A stretch of 64,000 nt of DNA, from IMG/VR virus record IMGVR_UViG_3300022939_000006, one strand, 5' to 3'. The DNA is from an uncultured virus (IMG/VR IMGVR_UViG_3300022939_000006) (Duplodnaviria; Heunggongvirae; Uroviricota; Caudoviricetes). Under the pieces are notes generated by a model. The model was not told the origin of the DNA. It worked only from the letters and a program-made list of their open reading frames with translations, and did not search any database. The position numbers were made by a program, and so were the translations under genes. Within the stretch, counting starts at the first letter, position 1; every line of letters begins with the position of its first letter. This document shows, one piece after another, positions 19,442 through 31,200 of this stretch.

Positions 19442-20137
19442 ATGCCTATTAGAAAAACAATAACAGTTGCTTATCCAGACGAACCGTACAAAACAACAAC
19501 GGACGCTGGTAAGACATTTGAAATGACCTATACAGGTCCGAGATACATTCTTTGTCAAGTAGACAGAGATGATGATCAAGTAAGAGAAGCTGGCAGAGGT
19601 GACAAAGCTGATGCGAAAGAACTTGATCCAGCAGGATACGAGCAGGATGATTATGATTATATCGTAATTGATGCTTCAGAAAGCGATGCAATGTGCCTAA
19701 GAGCGGCATATATGACAGACGAATATGAACATGCTGATATTGCTGATTATGAAGAAACTATTACAGATGCAAACGGAGATACATCTACGTATAACCACAT
19801 ATACGAAGGTACTACTGGAATGCTACCAAACATTTATTGGGCAGACAGCTTGTATTACAATCATGAAACAAGCACATGGTCAGGTCCAAACTTTAGAGAA
19901 CATGTAAATTCAAGAGAAAGCACAGTACAAAGCTACGCAAATATTGCGGCGTGTATGAGACGTGCTTTAGCAGATTCTAACCAAACATTTACAGATGAAG
20001 AGCGTACACTAATGACTAATCATTGTACTTGGTTGGAAAATGTTGACACATTGTATGCTGGTATTAATCACTGGAAATGGCCTTTCCCAGAAACAGTAAT
20101 GCCATACTACTTTGATCCAGACACAGATACAGCATAA
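19442..20137 (+). CDS. Hypothetical acidic protein, possible fibre assembly chaperone
   Basis: 231 aa with SD GGAG. Sits after the adhesin-like genes. The C-terminal helix plus HWKWPFP recalls Tfa-like chaperones (inference). Confidence 0.45.
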   Translation: MPIRKTITVAYPDEPYKTTTDAGKTFEMTYTGPRYILCQVDRDDDQVREAGRGDKADAKELDPAGYEQDDYDYIVIDASESDAMCLRAAYMTDEYEHADIADYEETITDANGDTSTYNHIYEGTTGMLPNIYWADSLYYNHETSTWSGPNFREHVNSRESTVQSYANIAACMRRALADSNQTFTDEERTLMTNHCTWLENVDTLYAGINHWKWPFPETVMPYYFDPDTDTA

Positions 20138-20145
20138 TTTAAAAA

Positions 20146-20222
20146 TTTCTCTATCCAATATTAACCGGACTTAACCTATATTAAGAATATATACTGTTGA
20201 GTCCGGTTTTTTAATGGAGAAA
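20146..20222 (+). terminator. Long hairpin plus U-run (terminator/attenuator) with anti-SD pairing
   Basis: 13-bp stem 20163-20175/20196-20208, inner stem 20177-20182/20186-20191, T6 at 20207-20212. Bases 20146-20153 pair with the SD region 20215-20222. Confidence 0.65.
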
Positions 20223-20229
20223 ATTTAAT

Positions 20230-21180
20230 ATGACAAAAAGATCAAAAGCCTTTTTCTTAAACGGAGGTGCTGGCCGTATGCTTTGTTCAATACCAGCATT
20301 AGAACTATACGCCAAAGAATCAGGTGATGATGATTTTGTAATTGTATGCGAAGGCGGTACAGATATGTTTAAAGGTCATCCTGTACTACATGAAAAAGCA
20401 TACGATCCTTGGCATAAAAATTTATTTAAAGATGTCATAAAACACAGACAAGTTGTTAATCCAGAACCATACCAAGTGTGGGAATACTATAATCAAAAAT
20501 GTAGTTTGGCACAAGCGTTTGATATTATTTTAAACAATAAAGGTGTTAGAGAATTACCTAAGCCATACTTAAAGTTAAGTAAAGATGAATTACTGGTAGG
20601 TAGAAAACTAGTAAATGAAGTTAAAGAAAAATTAAAGAAAGATAAAATTATAGTTTTCCAACCTTTTGGTAGAGGAATTGAGATAATAGACGATACACCT
20701 ATTGACCATACAGCAAGAAGTTTTGAATTTAAAGATGTAAAAAAATTATTAAAAATCTTAGAAAAAGATTATGGCATAGTAATGATGAGTGAATTAAAAA
20801 TAGAACTCAAAGGCGAGGGACTTAAACACGAGGTAGCTATGCCTGAAGGTTTAAGTTTAAGACAATGGGTTGGATTAATAAAATTTGCAGATCATTTTTT
20901 AGGATGTGACAGCGTAGGACAACATTTATCGTATGCAGTTGATACACCAACTACAGCAGTAATAGGAAGTACTTTTCCTATAAATGTAAGTTATCCTAAT
21001 CAAGAAACATTAAAAATTGTAGATCTAGGAATGAATGATAGGATATACGATCCTATTAGAATTACTATGGATGAAGGTACTACAAGACATAATGAAAATA
21101 TAATGGCTATGAATGATGAAATTATTAAATATCTAGTAGGCGTTATCAACCGAGAAATAGATCCTGACAAAGAAAAATGA
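20230..21180 (+). CDS. GT9-family (ADP-heptose:LPS heptosyltransferase-like) glycosyltransferase
   Basis: LSLRQWVGLIKFADHFLGCDSVGQHLSYAVDTPTTAVIGST matches the GT9 C-terminal DS..xH..xA...P signature. Also IVFQPFG and N-terminal GGAGR. Confidence 0.7.
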   Translation: MTKRSKAFFLNGGAGRMLCSIPALELYAKESGDDDFVIVCEGGTDMFKGHPVLHEKAYDPWHKNLFKDVIKHRQVVNPEPYQVWEYYNQKCSLAQAFDIILNNKGVRELPKPYLKLSKDELLVGRKLVNEVKEKLKKDKIIVFQPFGRGIEIIDDTPIDHTARSFEFKDVKKLLKILEKDYGIVMMSELKIELKGEGLKHEVAMPEGLSLRQWVGLIKFADHFLGCDSVGQHLSYAVDTPTTAVIGSTFPINVSYPNQETLKIVDLGMNDRIYDPIRITMDEGTTRHNENIMAMNDEIIKYLVGVINREIDPDKEK

Positions 21181-22037
21181 AACGCTTATTTTCAATAGGT
21201 TGCTCATTTACAAATTATGCATGGCCTACATGGGCTGATATGTTAGGTAATCACTTTGACCATTATGAAAATTGGGCATTTGCAGGTTTAGGCAATACTG
21301 CTATTGCAGAACGTCTTGCAGAATTACATGCTAGAGAAAATCTAACACAAAATGATACTGTTGTAATTCAATGGACAAGTCATTTAAGACATGACTGGCA
21401 TACTAATGATCAACGACACGAAGTAGCAAAAGGTATTGGTTGGAAAACTTCTGGTAGTATTTTTAATTATATTAATCAAGATATTTTTGATAGACGCTGG
21501 ATAGAAACATTTTGGGACGAAAATAGTTATATGATGCACACTTGTAATCATATACTCTTAGCTCAAAATTTTTTGCGTAGTATAGGTTGTACTTGGCGTA
21601 TGACTAGTATGGGATATATCCATAAAATGAATAGTGATTATCCAGTAGACGAACATGGAGAAAAAACACCGCAGTCTAACTTATGGAAAGATGTACCTTC
21701 TTTGAAAATATACCAAAAAATATTTGAAAATAAAAAAGACTGGATTATACCTATTGGAACTTTTGCATGGAACCATAGTACACCACCTTATAAATTTAAA
21801 AGCCATAATAGTCCTACATTTACAGATGATAAACATCCCACAGTATTACAACATGCAGACTATGTTAAAACACATGTACTACCTAGTTTAGGCATGAACC
21901 AGAATCTAGCCGAGAAAACAAAAAATTGGATAGATAATGTAAACAACTTATATGAAAACAGTCATAAAGATTTTGATTACTTTTGTGAAAGTGTAGATAA
22001 AACTTTAGACTGGAGAACAGATTACAGAGGATTTTAA
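21177..22037 (+). CDS. SGNH/GDSL-like hypothetical protein
   Basis: FSIGCSFT (block I-like), N.AFAGLGN, VVIQWT and DKHP. Paralog of 59859..60725. Confidence 0.5.
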   Translation: MKRLFSIGCSFTNYAWPTWADMLGNHFDHYENWAFAGLGNTAIAERLAELHARENLTQNDTVVIQWTSHLRHDWHTNDQRHEVAKGIGWKTSGSIFNYINQDIFDRRWIETFWDENSYMMHTCNHILLAQNFLRSIGCTWRMTSMGYIHKMNSDYPVDEHGEKTPQSNLWKDVPSLKIYQKIFENKKDWIIPIGTFAWNHSTPPYKFKSHNSPTFTDDKHPTVLQHADYVKTHVLPSLGMNQNLAEKTKNWIDNVNNLYENSHKDFDYFCESVDKTLDWRTDYRGF

Positions 22038-22038
22038 T

Positions 22039-23841
22039 ATGAGCAAACCAGTTTGGATAGCAGGCATAGCACGAGGTCATAACGCAGGTGTTTGTTTACT
22101 TAAAGACGGAGAAGTAGTTTTTTCAATTGAAGAGGAGAGACTAAGTAGACAGAAATACGACGGCGGTCCTTTTGCTTCAATGGTAAAAATTTTAGAATAC
22201 ACAGACAAACTAGATTATTTGGTTGTAGCTCACACACAACCATTAGCAGAAACTGCCGGAAGAGTTGATTATAGTGGAGATGATGTATATACAGGTTTAG
22301 CTCGTAAATTAGGATTAATTGATGCAAAAGCAAATGCATACACTATGGAGCATCCTCAAGTAATTGACTTAGCATTCATGCATCACAAATTACACAGTGC
22401 TTGTGCGTTTTATCGTAGTGGATTTGATAGTGCAGTTAGTGTTATTGTAGATGGCGCAGGTACTTTTGTTCCTCTAGGTATTAACAATGAACAAATTATG
22501 AGTTGGGAAACAGAAAGTATTATTGACTGCGAATATCCGTCCAATTTTACAACCTTACATAAAGTTTATGGAGTTAGAGAACCTGTCCAAGGCGGCATTG
22601 TTGAAATGGACAGTAAACAGTTTGGAGAAAACGGAAAAACACATACAGCTATTGTAAGTGATAGAGCAGGTATTGTAAAAGCATACGAAGCGGCTACAAT
22701 GTACTGTGGTTGGTCAAGTATTGAAGCAGGTAAAACTATGGGGTTATTTCCTTATGGTAAATCAAACGATAATTTTCCAAAATTATTTGAAGAAGATGTA
22801 GACTATCCGTTAACAAATAGGAATGTTGTTGTACCTAACTATCCTAACGGTGCATTCATAAATGCAGGGTTGTATAAAGAATTAAATGAAGTTCCTAAAC
22901 CTAATGAAGATGTAACACTATTACAAAGTAGAAGAGACATTGCGTATGCTGTACAAACAGAAACACAAGAAAAAGTTCTAGAATTAATTTTAAAAGCTGT
23001 TGAAATGACTGGCAAAAATAAAGTTGTACTTAGTGGTGGCTACGGATTAAATTGTGTAGCAAATTATTACTACTTAGAAACTTTACGTGAAAAAGGTATA
23101 GAACTTTATGTAGAGCCTGTATCTAATGATGCTGGTACTGCAATGGGCGCGGCAATGATGTTCTGGTATGGCTTAGAAGATGAAATAGAAAAGCGTCAAA
23201 CGCAAACTTTATATCTAGGACCAAGATATCTTTATACAGATCAACAGTTAAATGATCTAACAAATGAAGATGGCATTGAAATGAAAAATGCTACACTTGA
23301 AGATATTGTAGATTTATTAACAGAAAAAAACATTGTAACAATTTTCCAAGGACAAAGCGAAAACGGACCAAGAGCATTGGGTAATAGAAGTGTGCTATTT
23401 GATCCTAGTTTTGAAGATGGTAAGGATTATGTTAATCAAGTAAAACGTAGAGAATATTTTAGACCTTTTGCAGGATCTATTCTAGCAGAAGATGTACACG
23501 AATGGTTCGATCTACGAGGAATGAAAGATAGTCCGCATATGATGTATGCTGTGAATTGTAAAGATGGTATAGCAGAAAAAATTCCTAGTATTATTCATAT
23601 TGATGGTACATGCCGTATTCAAACTGTTACTAGAGAACAGAATCCACATTATTATGATCTAATATCAAAATTTAAAGAAAAAACAGGATTACCTATTGTA
23701 TTTAACACTAGCTTCAATCTAGGTGGTGAACCTTTAGTTGAAAAACTTGAAGATGCTATATGGACCTTAAAAAATAGTGAAATAGAATATCTATACCTAG
23801 CAGAATATGGAAAATTAATTACAATTAAAAATCCATCTTAG
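22039..23841 (+). CDS. Carbamoyltransferase, NodU/CmcH/TobZ family
   Basis: EEERLSRQK, HHKLH, VDGAG, AGKTMGL, SGGYGLNCVAN, DAGTAMGAA, GPRALGNRS, KRREYFRPFA, DGTCRIQTV, NTSFNLGGEP. Confidence 0.92.
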   Translation: MSKPVWIAGIARGHNAGVCLLKDGEVVFSIEEERLSRQKYDGGPFASMVKILEYTDKLDYLVVAHTQPLAETAGRVDYSGDDVYTGLARKLGLIDAKANAYTMEHPQVIDLAFMHHKLHSACAFYRSGFDSAVSVIVDGAGTFVPLGINNEQIMSWETESIIDCEYPSNFTTLHKVYGVREPVQGGIVEMDSKQFGENGKTHTAIVSDRAGIVKAYEAATMYCGWSSIEAGKTMGLFPYGKSNDNFPKLFEEDVDYPLTNRNVVVPNYPNGAFINAGLYKELNEVPKPNEDVTLLQSRRDIAYAVQTETQEKVLELILKAVEMTGKNKVVLSGGYGLNCVANYYYLETLREKGIELYVEPVSNDAGTAMGAAMMFWYGLEDEIEKRQTQTLYLGPRYLYTDQQLNDLTNEDGIEMKNATLEDIVDLLTEKNIVTIFQGQSENGPRALGNRSVLFDPSFEDGKDYVNQVKRREYFRPFAGSILAEDVHEWFDLRGMKDSPHMMYAVNCKDGIAEKIPSIIHIDGTCRIQTVTREQNPHYYDLISKFKEKTGLPIVFNTSFNLGGEPLVEKLEDAIWTLKNSEIEYLYLAEYGKLITIKNPS

Positions 23842-23883
23842 GCTTTGAGTAAACTCCGATAAATACTACAAAGCGAGTTTATT

Positions 23884-24276
23884 ATGATTGATTTAAACAA
23901 ATATTTCAAAAAAGGTTTACGTAACACTGTATTATTAGCTAATAATGCACAACTTTCTTATGCAGGCCGATGGCAAGAGGTTTATAGTAATCTACCTATT
24001 GACAGATGGCATGTAGGTGATTTTTCTAGTGCAGAATATACACTCAATGTAGAATTAGGAAAAGACAGAAAAGAAATTATTAAATGTTTGGTCTCTGCAA
24101 CACCTAATAAAGCAAGCATAGTTGTGTACGGACGCACTAGCACGAATGGTGATATTGTTGATGTAAGTGCTACTGTTACAGATTCATATGTAGAACTTGT
24201 TCTAAATCCAAAAACAACTGCTGAACAAGGCGCAAAAGCATTCTTTGCGGCGCAATATTTTAGAAGTCATACATAA
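23884..24276 (+). CDS. Hypothetical virion protein
   Basis: 130-aa ORF downstream of GATAAATA (23858). Confidence 0.55.
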   Translation: MIDLNKYFKKGLRNTVLLANNAQLSYAGRWQEVYSNLPIDRWHVGDFSSAEYTLNVELGKDRKEIIKCLVSATPNKASIVVYGRTSTNGDIVDVSATVTDSYVELVLNPKTTAEQGAKAFFAAQYFRSHT

Positions 24277-24315
24277 ACTGTATACGGATAAATATATTAT
24301 ATTGGAGAAGAATTA

Positions 24316-25239
24316 ATGGCAGTTGATAATCGTCAGTTTGAATCAGAGTTTGGATTTAAAAGTCCTGGATTTTCTGTTGATGCAAACGGAAACATAACTG
24401 CAACAAGTATTAATGCGGCAGGAGCCGGCGGCGGTGGCGGCGCTTCTGGTGATTATAGTGTAACTACAACGGGTGGAAATTTTAGATTTACAAGTAATGA
24501 CTTTACTGTAGGTGCAGGAGATAATCCCGAAATTACACTTACAAGAGGAACAAGTTATTCGTTTACTTTATCTATCACAACAGGTACTTGGAACATTTTA
24601 ACAACAGGTAATGTTTTATATAGCACAGGAATTGAACATACTGCTGATGATGGATCTATAACGAATGGAGCAGATGCTCAAGGTAAAACATCTGGTAAGT
24701 TTGTTTTCCAAGTTCCAGGTGATGCACCTGATACATTAAGATATGGTGATGCAGATGGTAATCCGTTTGGTGTTATAACTGTAACTGATCCTGCGGCACT
24801 AGATGCTACTTTTGCAAACCTAACTGCAACTGGTACAACTACTCTACAAAATTTAACAGCAAGTGAGCTTACAGTCTCAGGTAATGGTACTGTTTCTGGA
24901 GACTTTAAAGTTGAAGGTAAGTTAACCGGTGATAGTTTGATTATCGATGGTAGAGGTGTTGCAGAAATTAATTCACAAACAAATATTGTTTTAGATGCTG
25001 GCAATAAAATTGATATTATTGTCAACAACGGATTAATAGGTGTAGTAGAAGAAGATGGTACAACATTGCCTGTTAAAGATACATCTATAAACAACACCAC
25101 TATAGGAGTTACAACGCCGAGCTCAGCAGTATTTACAACTGGTTCAGTAAACACACAACCTACTACTGCAAATGGCATAAGTAATAAGATATATACAGAT
25201 AACACAGCTACAGCATTAGCGATTGCACTTGGGGTATAA
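24316..25239 (+). CDS. Virion structural protein with degenerate cupredoxin-like domain
   Basis: NPEITLTRGTSYSF...FQVPGDAPDTLRY aligns by eye with the 6084 C-terminal domain but lacks the C/H/M ligands. Ends ALAIALGV. GATAAATA at 24287. Confidence 0.6.
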   Translation: MAVDNRQFESEFGFKSPGFSVDANGNITATSINAAGAGGGGGASGDYSVTTTGGNFRFTSNDFTVGAGDNPEITLTRGTSYSFTLSITTGTWNILTTGNVLYSTGIEHTADDGSITNGADAQGKTSGKFVFQVPGDAPDTLRYGDADGNPFGVITVTDPAALDATFANLTATGTTTLQNLTASELTVSGNGTVSGDFKVEGKLTGDSLIIDGRGVAEINSQTNIVLDAGNKIDIIVNNGLIGVVEEDGTTLPVKDTSINNTTIGVTTPSSAVFTTGSVNTQPTTANGISNKIYTDNTATALAIALGV

Positions 25240-25242
25240 TTA

Positions 25243-28200
25243 ATGGCGAAGAGAAAGATTAATAACTATAAATTTAAACCTGGAATAGGGTACACAGAAA
25301 ATTTATATCCTAATGGTTATGCTCTTTTAAACAACAACAAAAGTTTTTTAGTTGCAGAAACTTCAGCATTTATTTTAAACAGAATTACAGATGCAGATAC
25401 ATATGCATTAGAACTTGTAGATATTATTAATGGTATCAAGTTTGACATGTTTTTTGGAAATGCCGCACAAAGATTGTACGGGGAAGTTGAATCAAGAAAA
25501 CCCGATACAACAAAATTACTTAGACAAAGAACTTTAGACAGAATTAAAACAAGTTTAAGTGCATTATCAAATGTGACTGGAACTTTTCAAACTAATATAG
25601 AAACTACAATTACAAACATAAATTCTATTTCAGATGGAGGCACGTCTCCAACACTTAATATTACAGATCCAGCAGGAATCACAGTAAATTTAGGATATGC
25701 AAAAACTAGAATTACAAATAACAGAGCATTCTTAATTGAAGAAGTAAAAGCATACATAGATACAGATACTCCGGGAAATGCAATTACTACAGATACAAAT
25801 TTTTCTACAGATATTGGACTTTTAATTGATTGTGTACAATTTGATTTAGTACATCAATCTAATATTTTGTCAAATGCAATCGCGACTTATATATTTGTTA
25901 ATACGCCATCTGCAAACAGAACACTATTAGGCGAAGGACTTTCTAGACTAGGTGTAGTTATCAAACAGGTAATAGAAGGTGATACTGTTACAGTATCTGA
26001 AGGTAACAGTCTTACACAAAATGGCACTGGAGTCAATGCAAGTACAGCTGAAGGTAACTATGCACAAGCAAGAGTTGATGATGTTCAGGTAGTAACTTCG
26101 AATGGTACTGTAGCATCTTTACCAGGTGATGTTGCTCCAGATATTACTGGAGAGTCTGCAGGTGGCCAAGCGGCCGCAACAGATATTGACAATAACTTAG
26201 CAACAATTATTGCTACAGATAATGCTTTCAAAGATTACACATATAACCAATCTAAGTGTGAACGAGATGTTAACTTTATTTTGTCAGCTTATTTGTTTGA
26301 CTTACGCTATGGCGGAAACAGTAAAACTTATGACTATGCAGGAAAATATTGGGAAGGTACAGTAGCACAGGTTGACGGCACACGTTATCCTGAACTAGAT
26401 ACACACGCTTGGATTAAATTTGTTATAAAAGAATACATATGGGACAAACAAGCATATCCAGCTGAACAAACAGGAACAGTTCAAACTGTTTCAGGAGACG
26501 ATGCTGAAAGTGCATTAGATAATAGAATAGACACACTCAACAGTATTGTTTTAGATGTTATTGCCGGCGGACTTACTGCATTACCTACTTTTGAAGATAC
26601 GGGTGCAGGTTATGTTAAGTTTATAGGCAACTACGACAGTAGTGATATTTTGCTTATAACTGACACTGTAGAAAACAAAGTAATCTATTCATTTAATGAC
26701 GCTAATACAGGTGGCGTAACTGAACTTACAACATTTACATCTAGTAACGGAGTAGTTTACGAAACAGATCCAGACTTTCCAGCTTTTTTAGATACAGCAG
26801 ATGCAATTACAAAAGTATTTTTTAACACAAGTACCAGTACAAGTTTAAGTACAAATAAATTACAAATTTTTGTCGACAATGATGAGCTTGTAATTAGACC
26901 TTATGAGTTTGGTACTGATGCTATTGAAAGAAACAGAACAGCAGAACCGTTATCAATGCTTGATGCTGACTTCGAGTATGGTTTACAGCCAACTAAATGG
27001 AGTGCTATCGCAACTATGAGAGGCTATCCATCTGTGTACGAAGTTCCGGGAACAGAAACTGACGTTAGTCAAGTTATAACAGATGCAAGTTCAGGAACAA
27101 ATGATGTAGGTTCTTCACTAATTACGGTTACTACACTTGGCGCTCACGGCTTAGTAGAAGGTGATGCTATAACATTAAAAGGATTAAATCCACAAACATT
27201 TGGATATAGTAGAGCTGAAGGTGCATTCATTATCACAACAGTGCCTAACTCAATTAGTTTTACTTTTTATGCAAAAGCAAAAGTTGGTACTACAGACGGT
27301 GATAGTTTACAATCTGAATCTACGCAGTTAAGAAAAGCAGGTTTTTATACAGGTGCAGATATTGGTGTACCTACGTTTAGTGTTACAAGCCAAGGTTCTA
27401 ACGGAGTTGTTGCTCCGGCCCTTATTGTTCCGTCAGGTGAAGATGTTATTCCATTTACTGTTGTTAGTGGAGGTGCACCAGAAACAGGTGCTCCGGTAAC
27501 AGCCGATACCGGTATTCCACTAGGTACACAGATAACTGGTAGAGTAGGAACTGGTGGTGTTGTTACTACACCTGTAGTTACAGCAGATTTTAACGAAGGT
27601 GAAACAGCTATCACAGTTCAAGATACAGCAGGAGTTGTACAAAATCTAGCGGCAGATAGAGGTGATGGTCAAGCAATGCTTGTTAACACTGTTGTTGGAA
27701 ACACAATTAATTTTAACACAGGGATAACAAGTGACTTTTCAGGCAACTTGGTTACATACACAGCAATAGAAGGTACTAATGTTGTAAGTTTAGGTTTTGG
27801 AGCAACCTTTGATATTAGCAGATCCGGCGGTACTTATACTATACAAGCTATTGCTAACAGCGGACAAAACTATGAAGTAGACGATGTATTAGAAATTCAA
27901 GGTGAATTTTTAGGAGGTATTACTCCTACAAACGATGCACAAATTACAGTAGATAGTGTTGATACTGGAGGAGAGATTTTAACAGCTACAATCTCTGGTA
28001 GTGCATTTAACGGAACTGGTAACTTTGCAAACATTACAGGAAATTATAATCATGGTAATGGACAAGGTGGAATATTTGATATAACCTATACAAACAATGT
28101 ATTTACAGCCACACTTTCTGATCCTGTATATAATAATGTTACAGGAACTTCAACAGGCGGCGCAGGAACAGGAGCAATATTTAATATAACTCAAACTAAC

Positions 28201-31200
28201 AATGTTTATTCTGTTACTGTAGATCCACAAACTATTGGAGTAACAGGTTATGCGATAAACGACATAATTAAAATTGCAGGTACAGAGCTTGGAGGTAGTA
28301 CTCCTAATAATGATGCACAAATTAGTGTTACAAGTGTAGATAGTGAAGGATATCCAACAGGTGTAAATATAGCTGGTGTAGCGGCGAATGCTCAAAATAC
28401 ATATACAGGTGTTACTTACAGTACTAACAACTCAGGTATTGGAGCGCAAATAAATGTTAATACAAATGGCACAGGTTACAGTGCAACATTTAGTCAACAA
28501 GGTACAGGTTTTGCGGCAAGTGATACAATAACTGTTTTAGGAAGCCAATTAGGCGGTGTTGATGGAGTTAACGATTTAACAATTACAATTAATACTGTTG
28601 ATACTGGTGGTGAGATTTTAACTTATACTGAGTCAGGCACAGCAGTCAATACATCATCTTTTTCTAATATTACAAACCATACAAACTTAATTGGTAGCGG
28701 TGCATCATTTAATGTAACTGTAAACAATTTAGCAGAAACTTATAGTGTAGTTATTGATCAAGGTGGTAGTGACTATGGTCCTAATCAAACTATTGTTATT
28801 CCTGGAGACCAATTAGGCGGCGCAAGCCCTGCCAATGATTTAACATTAACTATAACAGATGTTGACAATGACAGTACACTTGTTGCTGGACCTATACTAA
28901 CAGTTAGTACCAGCGGAACATCATTAAAAGCTACAACAAATTACACAGTAGAAGATAGACTTAAAATACCTGGAACACAGTTTAGTGGAGGTGTTGACGG
29001 CACAAACGATTGTATTATCAGAGTGACTGGAGTAGATAGCGATGGCGGAATCACAACGTTTACTGTAAGCGGAACAGCGCCAGACGGAAATGTAACTTAT
29101 CCAGCACTAGCAGGAACAACAACCGGTAGTGGTACAGCTGGTGCATTTGATGTTACTAGAACAGGAACTACATATACAGTTGGAGTAAGTAATGGAGGTG
29201 CAAACTATGCGGCTCTTGATACTGTTACTATTGTTGGTACTGATTTAGGCGGCACATCACCGGCAAATGACGCAACAATTACTATAGATACAGTTGATGG
29301 AAGTGGTGCAGTGTTGACTGCAAGCATAGCAGGTACTGCGGCTAATGTAGGTAGTGCAGATAATCAGTCTGGTACTGCTTTGATAGGTAACGGTGCAACA
29401 TTCAATGTAGCACTTTCAGGTGGTGCCTACACTACAACCGTTGCACAAGGCGGACAAGAATATTTTGCAGGACAAACATTTACTGTACCAGGTAACCAAT
29501 TAGCTGGTGCGACACCAACTAACGATCTTACAATTACAATTTCTACAGTAGGTGCAACAGGAGATATTACAGCAGTTACAGATTCTGGAAGTGCAAGTAC
29601 AGATGTAGCAAGTTTTGCTAATGTTGTTGCAAACGTTGCTGGTTCAACAGGTAACGGTGCAAGTTTTGATGTAGTCAGAGACGGAACAAATGCGGCATCG
29701 AGCGTAGGAACATATACAGTATCATTAAATGCATCTGGCGGTAACTATGCACCTGGTAACAAAATACGTTTAGACGGCGGCAATTTAGGCGGAACAACAT
29801 CTGTAAATGACATTCTGTTAACAGTTCAAACAGTAGATAGTGCTGGAGCAGTGTTAACATATACCTATAGCGGAGCGGCATATGCAGGCGATGATTTATC
29901 TCTGTATTCAACATTTACAATTGATACACAAACAGATGCACAATTACAAACTACATTACAAATTAGTTTTAGTGCATTGGCAACATTGTTAATTACATTT
30001 ACAACTGCACACGGGCTTGTGCCTGGAGATACATTTATCACTACAGTAGGTAGTGATGACGGGTCAAATAATCATAATTTAGGCGCAGGATCATTCCTAA
30101 TTACAAGTGTTCCTAGTGCAACAACATTAACTTACACAGCAAGAGCGGCAGGCTCAATAGATACTTCAAATGATGAAATTACAGGAACAGTTTATCCTAG
30201 ACCAGATTCTTTCTTTGTACACAGACCATTTGACGGTGGTGTACAGCTAGGTACAGGCGGTCCACAACATGGTGCTCAAGCAATACGTCAGAGTAAAAAG
30301 TATATTCGTTACCAATCAGGTAAAGGTATTATGTATACTACTGGTGCCCTATTTGCTCCAAGTTATGATTTACGTTCTTGTACATCAGACGGAGTTGAAG
30401 TAGGTTCAACAATCACTATAACTTGTGACGATAACGACCACGGTTTACAAATTGGTGCTAAAGTACAACTAATTGGAATAGAAACTGTAGGCTATAACGG
30501 AACGTATACCGTTAATGATATAATTAGTGAAAGAACATTTGAAGTTTCAGCAGTAAATAGACTTGGAGACACAACTGCCGTATTAAGTTTTGGTGCACAA
30601 GTTTCTACTTATCAATGGCACGGTGCAACAGTGCGTTCGGGTGTGTTTGATGATCAAAACGGAATCTATTGGGAATATGATGGCACTAACTTGTTAGCAT
30701 GTCAACGTACTGCTACTAAACAAGTTTCAGGGACAGGCACTATTAACCCTGATGAGAATACAGTTAACGGAACAAACACTAGATTTAGAGATCAGTTAAA
30801 AGCTGGGGATAGAGTTGTTATCAGAGGTATGACACATGTAGTAACGAGTGTTGTAGATCAAACAACAATGACTGTTTCACCAGATTATCGAGGTGTAAAC
30901 ACAGCTACAGGTACAAAAATATGTTTAATTAGCGATAAAAAAGTTAGACAAAGAGACTTTAATATAGATGCAATGGACGGCAATGGTCCAAGCGGATATA
31001 ATTTTGTAGCAAGTAAAATGCAGATGATTGGTATTGAGTATTCATGGTATGGTGCAGGTTTTATTGATTATATGGTACGTGGTGCAGACGGTAATTTTGT
31101 TTATGCACATAGAATTAGAAATTCAAACGTGAACACAGAAGCATATATGCGTTCAGGTAACTTGCCTGTACGTTACGAAATTACGAATGAAGGACAAAAT

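Noticed and set aside
17505..23841. RiPP cluster interpretation
   Set aside because: The Cys-rich ORFs are 318 aa with an adhesin-like frame. No radical SAM, YcaO, LanM, peptidase or transporter is nearby.
3757..29890. CRISPR-like periodic repeats
   Set aside because: The periodicities are in-frame, degenerate protein repeats, not identical DNA repeats with spacers.
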